Assembly (NCBI GenBank): GCA_040285855.1
Contig: JAUFOQ010000016.1
Coordinates: 620,001 to 684,000, forward strand
Source: Eukaryota sp. GEM-RC1
Lineage: Eukaryota
Length of the DNA: 64,000 nucleotides
Direction: 5' to 3'
A program made the translations under genes and the position numbers. The notes beneath the pieces were generated by a model. The model worked only from the letters and a program-made list of their open reading frames with translations. It did no database searches and was not told the origin of the DNA. Each line of letters starts with the position of its first letter. Positions within the stretch are counted from its first letter, which is position 1. Below, in pieces: positions 47,850 through 58,304 of this stretch.

Positions 47850-49640
47850 TTACACCAAAAAAAGTTCTTGTTCAGGTCTCCACAGATAGAAATACGGGTA
47901 ATAACTACCACTTCCCAATGTAGGAAGAGTTCCAGTAACATTAATCGTAGAATCTGCAACAGATTTTACCGTAAGAATATGTAAAACCATATCAGCCGTA
48001 ACCTCAAGAACTTGTCCAGGTTTCCACTCAGCAGAAAGATCAGAGAGACAACCATAAGACATGTTACTACTGCTCACACAATGAGCAAGGTCAAAACACT
48101 TACCATCAACTGTAAACTTTTTCTCATCAATAACACCAACTCTAAAGCCTCGAGGATTCCCTCTATAACGAACTTTCCATTGGTAAACACTGTCTGGTAA
48201 CAAAGGTTTAGAGCCGAGAATATTACGATAAGTTTCAGATTTTCCAGAAACTTTGACATTGTTCTTGGTCACGTTGACTGTTAGTTCGGGATGTCGTTGA
48301 GTAACAGAGAACTCAACAGTTCCATTCTTTGGAACACGTAAATACATTTGATAAATATGATTTTCTAGAAAAGAAACTCTTGACGCAAGGTTAGTGTTGA
48401 TCAGATTAACACGCTGCAGTTCCCCTTGTAATTGACTTTCAGAAATAGACTTTCGTTTAGAAGATTCCACTACAGAATTACTTGGAACAATAGCAGAAGA
48501 AGAATTGTTAGGGGTGATACTAGTATTCTTTTCTAGTTGGGAAACTTTCTTCAACAGACGTTCCCTTTCCTGATTGAAAGACTCTCGTTCTCTATCAATG
48601 GTGATGTTGGCAATGCGAAGTTTCCTTCTGAGTGAAATCACTTCATCAGCGGGGTCTACGTGGACAACATTTGCAGGCAAATTAGCGCCCAAATCATCAA
48701 GAACTTTAATAATGTCAGTCAATTTAGGTCTTTTAGTAGGATCAAAGGACATACACTTACATATAACTTTCTTTAAAGCTGTAGGTGTTGTTCTATCAAA
48801 GGGCAACACAGCTTTTCCCATCTTAGCTCCATATAAAGCAGCAGCACACTGACCTTGGAAGGCCTCCTTGTGAGTAAGTAATTCGTAGAGAACTACTCCA
48901 AGAGAGTAAATGTCACTCATTGGAGTGACGGTATTCTCGAACTGTTCTGGAGCAGCATATTTTAGAGTGATGGCGTTATCACGAGTAAACTTGGTGGTTG
49001 CTGCTAGATTTCGCGATGTACCAAAGTCAGCAACTCTTACATGGTCATTAACAAGTAAAACATTCTCTGGTTTTAAATCAGCATGAACAATTGAATTGTA
49101 ATGAAGGAAACAGATAGCGCGACAGAGTTCTTGAGCATATCTCAAAGTCTTATGAGAGAGGGCGTTAGGGCAGGGAAGAGATGTGGCAGCTTTTTCCATG
49201 ACGATTCCAATGTCTGACTCTCCAAAGCAAGATAGACCATAGACTCTCAATATAGAAGGATGATTGAGTTTGATGAGTAAGCTGAGCTCTCGCTGTAGTG
49301 TAAGTCTACCAAGATCAGTAAGAGAGACCTTCTTTAATGCGATAGGAAGACCGAACCATTCACCAGCATGAACATCCGCAAAGCCTCCCTGTCCGATGCA
49401 GTCTTTAACAACAATTTGGTCTCCAGGGATTTGAGGGCATAAGTCGCCAGTTCCTGCAGCATCTAAGACAGCTTTAAGAGTGTGGTTTACACGTCGATCT
49501 TTAAGGCAAGGATTCCGACAAAAGGGACATTTTTTGACAGAAGATGAGCAGTTAGAACAAAGTGTGTGTCCCTCTTCGCAGACAATCAGAGGTAAAAGAC
49601 TTCGAGTGTCGAAAGAAGAACAACAAACGGGACATTCCAT
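47850..49640 (-). CDS. RING finger - Ser/Thr (TKL-like) protein kinase - coiled coil - SPRY/B30.2-like protein
   Basis: CPVC...CEEGHTLCSNC...CPFC; GQGGFA, ALKK, HADLKPEN, DFG, APE; C-terminal WKVRY..RVGVI..WKPGQVLEV..YYPYF. Confidence 0.9.
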   Translation of the reverse strand: MECPVCCSSFDTRSLLPLIVCEEGHTLCSNCSSSVKKCPFCRNPCLKDRRVNHTLKAVLDAAGTGDLCPQIPGDQIVVKDCIGQGGFADVHAGEWFGLPIALKKVSLTDLGRLTLQRELSLLIKLNHPSILRVYGLSCFGESDIGIVMEKAATSLPCPNALSHKTLRYAQELCRAICFLHYNSIVHADLKPENVLLVNDHVRVADFGTSRNLAATTKFTRDNAITLKYAAPEQFENTVTPMSDIYSLGVVLYELLTHKEAFQGQCAAALYGAKMGKAVLPFDRTTPTALKKVICKCMSFDPTKRPKLTDIIKVLDDLGANLPANVVHVDPADEVISLRRKLRIANITIDRERESFNQERERLLKKVSQLEKNTSITPNNSSSAIVPSNSVVESSKRKSISESQLQGELQRVNLINTNLASRVSFLENHIYQMYLRVPKNGTVEFSVTQRHPELTVNVTKNNVKVSGKSETYRNILGSKPLLPDSVYQWKVRYRGNPRGFRVGVIDEKKFTVDGKCFDLAHCVSSSNMSYGCLSDLSAEWKPGQVLEVTADMVLHILTVKSVADSTINVTGTLPTLGSGSYYPYFYLWRPEQELFLV

Positions 49641-49669
49641 TTTGATTAAGATTTGTTAATAACATATTA

Positions 49670-50097
49670 TTGGATACTCTTGAGCCATGTTCGGAGTCAC
49701 CTCAACACGTGTTGAATGGGGTTTTCAAGAAGTCCAACACGTGTCGGATATGTCATTCTACTAAGTCGCTTCAATGAATTTGGGGAAATTTCTACTGTTC
49801 TTGATAAAACTATATAGAATAAAGGTAGAAAATTCAGGTTTACTCCAAAGTTTACTTAAATGTTTGGATTATTGATGCGCTCTTCATGTTATCAGTTCTG
49901 GAATCAATGAAAATCAGTTCCAATTTATCAACCTGGTTCGGCTGTAACAGATGTGTTTTTTCGTTGGTTGATCTTAAAGTGAGTTATTCTGTTCTTCTGC
50001 TCAGAATTTATCCAACACGTGTTGGCGCAAACACTCAACACGTGTTGAATATTTTCCAGCACCCTGTTGAACCGAACATAGCTCTTGCTGTATCCAA
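49670..50097. mobile_element. MITE-like element with CAACACGTGTTG palindromes, about 30 bp upstream of the kinase ATG
   Basis: TIR TTGGATACTCTTGAGCCATGTTCGG versus CCGAACATAGCTCTTGCTGTATCCAA. Four subterminal AACACGTGT motifs. No clear TSD. Confidence 0.65.
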
Positions 50098-52379
50098 ATT
50101 TTACCAATACCCCCACAACCATAATTCCCACAAACTCTTTTTACCATTATTCACATTGTAAGTTTGATGATATTCACAACCAAATCAAAATACATTTTAT
50201 GTTTTTTCTCCTACTAATGATGAAATACACGTCACAATAATGAATTCCAATAATTGTTGTTTTGGTTTGGTGAAAGTTTGTGATTCGAAAAATCAAATCA
50301 ATTCAAATACTACAGTAAGTACACGGCAAGACTTTGTTTTTATCGGAACCACAGATGGTTTTTTAAGATCTCTAGGAACTTACTTTTATTCAAGAAAACG
50401 AAATAACCGTTGATTCATCATTTATCCGGTTGGGAACACCTTTTGTTAACAAAAAGATCAATTTGTTGGGCAAATCAAACAGCAATACTCTCTGGTTTCA
50501 CTGAAGTCCCTTTACCTACATATTGCAGTGTCCATAATTTTATGGAATTTGGAATAAAACCAGATCGTCCAAATCAACGAATTGTGGTAGCCAGTCATCT
50601 TGTAACTGTTGATGTAAATACTATTAATACCAAAATGGATTTTGTGTTGATACCACATGAATGGTTGAAACATTATCTTTCAACAGAACCAGTGCCTCTT
50701 GATGATGATAAAATTATTGATGCATGTTCTATTTTGGGTCATCCCAATTATGAAATTTGTGTCACTCAAAAGGAACGGACGGGTTTTTTCAATAATGATG
50801 ATCGATCGTTTTAAATAATGTTTTTCAAAATCATGATGAAATCACTATAATCAAAAATTTTCCATATCTCAAACAGTCAGAAATTTATGATGTATGTGAA
50901 AAAGAACGATTCTAACAATTGACTGATCAGACAGAGTAGAAAAAGCGTTTGATTACTCTTCTAAATCTATTATAACAAAGAGTTCATATCTGAATACTCC
51001 AGCTGGAATTGCTGCTTGGAAATCGAAAAAATTGGTTTTCAAAAACGGTAGAACAGATTGTTGTTGAATCAACCCAAAGCCCAAATCAAGAGAGAAAAGA
51101 GAATATATACACCCACATGGCTTACTAGAGTGTAAGAGCAAACATTGTCTGGGAGAAGTCAAGAAGCGATTGAAAGGATAAAAGATAGGGCACACATTGC
51201 CCATTCAAATGTATTGGAATCGTAACAAGATGGCTTGTTTGAACATGATGAACATGTTCGAACACTGGATGAATGGTAGTGATGATAGAGTGGAGTATTT
51301 GTGTAGAAATTAGCTTTATTTTTGTTAGAAAGAGGAACATAAGTAAATGAACAATGACAATTAATGACCGAGTTCTTGTTGAGTCATTTTTGGAAATCCA
51401 TTCATTCGATATAAAGAATATCCCACCAAAAACATACATCCATGAAGCGCTGTTACTTAATAAGACAAACTTGTAGCCTTTCGCAACCTATTATTAAATT
51501 ACATTTATGGATACTTTAATAAAAGGCTATGGGTCATATCAAGAAGTATTTCGAAATGCCGTTTGTTTTGGTAAATACCGATACCAATTTCAAACAGCAT
51601 AGGTTTAACCAGGTTCTCTGACTCTTCTAGAAGATCAGTCCATGGCTGAAGATCTAATTGTGAGAATTGTACGATTGTCTTTAGCTCCCACAATTTTCAT
51701 TGAACCTGTAGTTGATTTCTCGGGCCATGAATCCATTCGAGAGCCCCCATTTGGGCTTGAAAGTCTAAATATATTCAGGACAATGTGAGTAATTCATCAT
51801 CTCAAAATACTAGTAAAATGTTTGATAACTTTATCATCTCTAAACTTGACCCTAGTCCCAAAGTAGGAACTGATGACGTGCCATTCTTTAAGAATCCTAA
51901 CTTGGACATCAAGTTTGAGAAGTGCTTTTCTCTCGAGCTTTTGTTTTCGTTTGAATATGAGAGGGATTATTTTTGCCACTACACATACTCCAGATGTCTC
52001 TTTTAAAGAGAGCTTCTCTGATGATTTATGTATATTTGATCAGTGTAAGTTTATACACATTACATGGAACTTCGATCATCAATACAGCTTTAATTAACGG
52101 TAGTGAAACTAAACATGGTGACGATTATACTTGATGATGAGAAAGGTATATACTATTTACATCTTTGGCAATTATGTTGGATAAAAACACTATTCTTCAA
52201 ATTTAAACTTTGAAAAAATCGTGGATTAATTCGGGGTACTTAAAATTTAAGAATTAAAATATGTCCAAAAATTGAAAAACAACATGAACAATACAAGCGG
52301 TCATGTCATTAATGCTTCAAAATATACAACGATTTTAAAAAAAAATCAAAGAGGTAATCTATAGCAAACAAGAACCAAT

Positions 52380-54885
52380 CTACTTCAAAAAAGCGGAATT
52401 TACTTGAATTAAAGCTTCTTCCGATAAATCACAGCGTGTCACGTCAACAAAAGTTATAGACTCACTGGTTTGAATAACTTCACAAAGATTTAAAACAATA
52501 GACTCTTCAAGAAGACTACCTTTAAGAGAAAAACTAGTTAACGACTTAGTTTGATGAAGAGATTTAAGTAAAGGTTCAATGACATTACTCACGTTTGAAC
52601 ACTTCTCAAGTCCAATGTGAGTTAAAGAGGGGTTAAGTAGGAGAAATTCTATCATGGAGGTGATGACGTCATGGCTAAGAATACAGTCTACAAGAACAAA
52701 TCTTTTAATTTCACTGTCTTGAAGTATTAAATTACCAACATCATTAACAGAGTGCTCAATGTTGTGACCATTGAACAGAAAAACACCATCAGAAATATTT
52801 AAATAATGTTCACCAATATGGAATTCTGTTGAACAGGATCTCTCTTGAAAATATCGATATAATTCCAAAACATCATTAACTTTGCCCACAAACGAGGGAA
52901 ACACGAGTTTTCGAAGGAATCTTAAACAATCAACACTCTTAAACTCTTCAGTTATTGATTTGATCGTCATCAGATCAGTATACGTGATAGAGCCTTTATC
53001 CCAGTCAATCGTATGAGGTGATGGGTCAATCGAGGCACGTAGAGTCTTTAAATAAGTAACTTAAATAAACTGTGTCGATACCCTCATTGAAAGACATCGC
53101 GGCTAATATCCGAAGAACATCATCGGTCTCACAACTAAAGAAACGGAAGTCAAGAGAAGTCAAGGAAGTGTTGGATTTGATGACGTTACATATCGAATCA
53201 ACGACAGACGAGCAGACCTCTGATCCCATAAAAGCACACCGTTTGATTGAAGTATTAAACTGTAAAGAATCAATAATAATGACAATCTCCGTGTTTAAGA
53301 AATCCTCACCAATTAAAAAGCTCGGGATATTATGAGCACATACAGTAAAACTCTGAAAAGAAAAGGATTCGAGTTGTGTCGTAGTTTTGAGGAAGTTTGA
53401 TAGAGTTAAAGCTGACGCTTTGTCGAACATTAGGCCATACAATGTGAGTTCTTTAATATGATAGTCAGTCATCAACGTGATCAACTCATCAATTTTCTGA
53501 TTGTTGACCTTGGTATGAACAGTGTCCATATAACAATCATTTTCACGATCAACAACAGTTCCATTTCCCATGAATGAGAAAATTCCCTTTGAAGGATCAA
53601 CTAAATGTGGGAAAGCATCTAGTCTTTTAGTACAAATTGATGAAGTAGCAAGGGTGGAATACATTTGAATTAACGATTCTAAAGACAATGCATTATGAAT
53701 AGAAACCTTCTTGACTGTTGAATTAACAGATAGGCCTGTTAAAAGAAGAGTTATCATTGACTTGGAAAACACAGAGTCACAGATATCAACTTTAGTTAAA
53801 GTACAATTATTCTTAAACATCATTCCAACAGCTTTAGCGTCATTATACTTCATTTGAACAGAACCTACAGAGACCTCTAATTCTAAGAGAGTAGTGTTCT
53901 TCTTCAAAGAGGTGAAAAGAGGAGCAAATGAAGGGGTTAGATTAGAATCTTGGAGAATCAAACTTTTCAGTGTGGAGTTCTTTGATAGGGAACGTGCCAA
54001 GGGTCTAACAGAAAGCGTGGATTGATGGAATTTGATTGACCTTAATGACTTGTTACTACCAAGACCAGCCAGAAGGTCATCACCACCGTCTGAGAAGGTA
54101 GGTAAAGTGATAGAAACAAGGGTGGAGTTGTTAGTAAGAAGTGTGGCAAAAGATGACGAATCCTCAATGGAGATGAAGGAAAAATCAAGTTCCCGTAATT
54201 TAGAAACATCAGGGAAGGAATTACACAGAAGATTCAGTGATGACTTAGAGAGAGAACAGAAAATGAAAGAGAGTCTAGAGATATTAGAGGGAGAGTTAAG
54301 AACACCAATGAGAGGAGTAACTACGTCGAAAGAACGCCGATCGTAACAGAGAACTCTAAGCTCCGTAGCAGTGTGGTAAGGGGATTTAAGAGCATTGCAG
54401 ATATCTGAAAAATGGGTGACGTGATCAAAATCACAAATAAAACTGATTGACTTGAGGGAAGGGCAAGTTGGGATAGAAGTGGCTAAACTCATAAAAGCTT
54501 CATTTAACTTACTGGAATGGATAGAGGAGATGTTGGAAAGTTCAATCAAATCCAGGTCAGAAAGGGACACTTCAGCACAACTAAGACTGATGGACCCTAG
54601 TGTAGCGTTAAAGAAGGTGGACACGGCTGAGTAGGGTTTAATGGAAGACGAACATAGGTATACTGTGGTAGTAGAGAAGTAATGTCGAACTGCGTCAAAA
54701 GACAAATCAAAAAACAAGTTACTGGTGTAACCAAAGCGAGAGAAGAAAGAGGTGACTGCTTCTGATAATAATTGGGAGGGTGTGAGAGACCTTATGTCAT
54801 GTTGTAATTCTCGAAACAGTAGAGTAAAGTATTTGTAACCAACTAATGTAACAGTGGAGCGAGGAAGACGGACTGTAGATAGCAT
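52380..54885 (-). CDS. RNI-like LRR protein, paralog of 2471..5078; one frame break near 53050
   Basis: LRELDFSF, NSTLKSLIL, NTTLLELEV, SLTSLDFR. The frame upstream of ORF 52380..52970 is open back to about 53055. First ATG at 54885. Confidence 0.8.
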
Positions 54886-55013
54886 TCTACTACAAGCACT
54901 ACAGTGACAGTTGGACAATGCGTCAGTTTTTTTCTTTCAAAAAATCTTCTTTCACTATTTTCTTCTATTTTCAAGGAAGAACTTCTCTTATTGTCAGTGG
55001 TTAGGTTTAGCTG

Positions 55014-55522
55014 ATGTCACGAACTGATTACAAAGTCCCTCTAAACTTCCCTCCCTACAAAATAGACCCCATCCCTGGCATGGACAGTGATCGTCAGTCT
55101 GATGCATCAATACTGTTTGAAACTCTTTTTACTGCAAAGACATCAAATCACTATCTAAGTGACAAACCTCGGTCTGTTGATCATTTTCAACGGTATTCCA
55201 ACAAATACTTTCATTCTGAAGCAACTCCCGTTTCAGTTATTGACACCCTCAAAACAAATTCTGTCTATTCCTCGAAGTTTCTCCCTGCCGAACTAGTTTC
55301 AAGACTCCGGAAAAGAAGCAAGTAAAGCATTCCTCTGACACTGTAGATGATTTAGATCTTGACGAAAATGAAGAGAATGAAGAAAACCCTGAAGTTCCTG
55401 TTACAGCTGAGCCTTATGATTCAGCTGATGATGCTGATGATTATGGAACGATGTACCAAGACTTTGAAGATGGTGAAGATTTTGTTGACGAAAGTCTTGG
55501 AAATGACGAACCAGAGATGTAG
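55014..55522 (+). CDS. RNA polymerase III subunit RPC31/RPC7-like, one frameshift
   Basis: LNFPPY, QRYSNKY, FLPAEL, then an acidic tail DDYGTMYQDFEDGEDF after adding one A at 55311-55314. Confidence 0.7.
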
Positions 55523-55782
55523 ATGTAGCCATGGGATTCTACTTTCTCAAAGGTTGTTGTTGATGATGTGTCTTTTTCTGACTTACTTGTCTGAATTCAA
55601 GAGTCTTGAGTTTGGTTACTGTTATTTTTGATCATTTGAGGTACCAGTTGTACATTCAGTTCTGTCCAACGTTTCCGTCCGTGGCTTTTCGGCTTCATTT
55701 TAAATGTACAATCTCAGACTAATTCTTTACAAGTCCAATTGGACAATAATTTTTTGGGTTACGATAAACAAAATAACCTAAT

Positions 55783-56598
55783 CTAAACATTAGACTCAAT
55801 TGGATCTTCGTCGTTCAATAAGCCAACTTCCTCGCCTTTCTTTGCCAATATACGCCGTTTATACCGTTGACGGTTATAAAAGGCCCATAATCCTACTAAA
55901 CCACCAAGAGTGAAGCCACAAACAATATCACCAGGGTGGTGATGATTGTCAACGTTGCGAGAGATTGCAGTAATGACAAAAGCAAGTCCTACACCAATTA
56001 GAGGTAAAATACGGACAGATTGATAGTGTTTCTTCTTGTTGAATGGTTTACAAACGTCGTTCAGCAGCAATATAGAATATACTGCGGCATACCCAGCCAT
56101 TGCACTGTGACCAGATGGCCAGGAAACACGGCCCTCAGCTACCACATCAGGATCTCCAGTACAAACACCCAGGTCGTCAGGTTTGCAACGAGCAACAAAG
56201 TCAGGTCGTAGACGTCCTGTTACATTTTTGAGAATAGAGAGTAAGACAATGTAGAGACCATTTCCTGCAGTTAATTAAAACAAGATGAATAAACCATAGA
56301 AATAGGTGGAGAACGAAGCGAGGAGCAGAAACCAATTCGAATAGGAAGACAGAAGTACCAGTAGAATGTTGACAGCGTGTGAGCCATATACAAGAATCTC
56401 CCAAGGAATCATGTCATCGCGAAGTTCGTGAAGAATGGAATAGTCGTACTCTGAAACGATCTTTCTTTCAGCAGGATCTATATTATAAGCAATATACCAG
56501 GAAAGTTCTCGAAGAATTACACCAACGAGGAGATCAATAGCAAAGCTGAGTAGAAGTAACTTCTTTTCCTTCGAGAGCCGACGGAAGAACTGAAACAT
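55783..56598 (-). CDS. PAP2-family lipid phosphate phosphatase, 30-nt intron 56265-56294
   Basis: KNVTGRLRPDF, SWPSGHS, SRNVDNHHHPGD motifs. Splicing gives a 261-aa ORF from MFQFFRR. Confidence 0.9.
56265..56294 (-). other. 30-nt spliceosomal intron containing an in-frame TAA
   Basis: GTTTATTCATCTTGTTTTAATTAACTGCAG. Removal eliminates the stop between the two PAP2 halves. Confidence 0.85.
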
Positions 56599-56700
56599 GT
56601 GTATAGGTGTAAGAAGAAGGCTCAGTAGATGCAATAGAAGATTTCTGAAAGATTTAGTATTTTTTCTAGTAATTAAATCAATTATCACCTGAGTACGAAG

Positions 56701-57425
56701 CAGCAACGACAAAAAATATATATTTATTGTATTGTATATTGTTTGATCGAACAATAAATATATTGTCCAATCCAATATTGTATTGTGTTGTAGGTATATT
56801 GTGAGAAAAAACAATGAATGACAATACAATATTTCTGCTTTATTGAAAGCTATCATCAATCTGAGTAATTGCTTTTACACGTACAACTTCACTTTCTGCT
56901 TCCCGAGTCCTAACACAGGACACTGTATGCTGATGTCTGGTAGTAGTAAATGCAAAATTGTTTTGCGACATTAAATTCTGTTCGGACGATCAGTGAGAGT
57001 GTGTTTTATGATCTACTGAAAAAATTGTCATTGTCTTAACTGGACGAGGGTGTGAATAATAGATCATTTGTACTGTCTGGTTCTTAAAAGTCTGAGCTCT
57101 GTAACTTCCTTTGTTGCTCAGAAGACATACGATCAGAGTTTTGGGTAATATATACAAGGTGTTCGTTCATCAGAGGATTCCTAATGAACAATTGGCAGTT
57201 GCATCTCTTCCAGTAGTTTGGTTGTAATGTGAAGAACAGTGACGTTGTCAGATATGTGATTCTTGTTATAGTTGCACAAAATGACAAATATTATATTGTG
57301 TTATTGTAAAATATATTGTTTACTGTGGACTCGAACAATAAATTTATTGTTGAAAAAACACAATACAATAACAATAACACAATATATTGTATTGTAACAA
57401 TACAATATATTGTTTGTCGTTGCTG
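56701..57425. mobile_element. Non-autonomous hAT-type element (725 bp)
   Basis: Perfect TIR CAGCAACGACAAA / TTTGTCGTTGCTG. Perfect TSD GTACGAAG. TATTGT/ACAATA subterminal arrays. Confidence 0.9.
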
Positions 57426-57524
57426 GTACGAAGTATGTTACCGCACTCATTGGGTGTCCAATGTTTTTTTTTGCCAAAATTTGAAGACAATAACTCAAAA
57501 TTATGAATTAATACATTATTCTAG

Positions 57525-57847
57525 CAGTGAACGCTAACACGTTCAGAAATCGAATCTAACCCGTGTTAACACGCGTGTTACGTGTTTGCGTTACAAGAAT
57601 TTTTCCTGGTTTCTGGTTCGACGATAAATAGTTCGTTTCTTCTACACATTCATCTCTACGATACTCTACATCCCTGTAGGGGACTTCTAAAACAGTGTCT
57701 TTCATTCTTTTAGGAACAAAATGCATTTTCACATCGTTCAGTCCGAGAATAGTCACGTGTTAGAAATCAGCCAAAATTCTAACACATGTTAACACGTGTT
57801 AACATGCGTGTTACGTGTCAGGCCGTGTTACGTGTTAGCGTTCACTG
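57525..57847. mobile_element. hAT-type MITE (323 bp)
   Basis: Perfect 18-bp TIR CAGTGAACGCTAACACGT. Perfect TSD TATTCTAG. CGTGTTA arrays. Confidence 0.9.
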
Positions 57848-58304
57848 TATTCTAGCCACTATTTTTTATATAATATAATATAATATTTGATTTAAACTGT
57901 AAAAACGCAAATTTAAAGTGTACTTGGCTCACATCTCAACAAATTGGTACCAATATTTGTCAACAGTACAACCAGTCTGACTGGTCATTACTATTCACGT
58001 TGTAAAGAATGCCGCCACTTTGCAGTCATATTGGCCATGAGTATTTTTCCAGGAGTAACGAATACTGTCATTGAAGTCACTGAAATTGAGTTTAGATGAA
58101 TCTGTTGTCTATTCAATATCACTCAATGAGTGCAACAAATATTGATGAGTTTGTTGATTAACAGAAAAACATACCATGGTTACATAGTACAGTAGTAGCT
58201 GTTGAAACACCCATCAGATTACACGACACATCACTACTAGTAGATCTAAGTTAAAACAAGATTGGATTCAGAAAGAAATTTACACTGCACAAAACACAAA
58301 AGAA

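Noticed and set aside
50300..52150. Short ORFs 50410..50814, 50953..51439 and 51505..52097
   Set aside because: Fragmented on both strands with no recognisable motif. Probably decayed mobile DNA, but no call can be supported.
53046..53070. Possible 25-nt intron GTTTAT...TAAAG repairing the LRR frame
   Set aside because: It lacks the YTMAC branch motif at -10, ends in AAG and is shorter than the other introns. A 1-nt error explains the break equally well.
55560..55700. TGATGA...CTGA boxes and ATTTTTG as a snoRNA or snRNA
   Set aside because: Box spacing is too short and there is no recognisable guide or snRNA core, so chance occurrence is likely.
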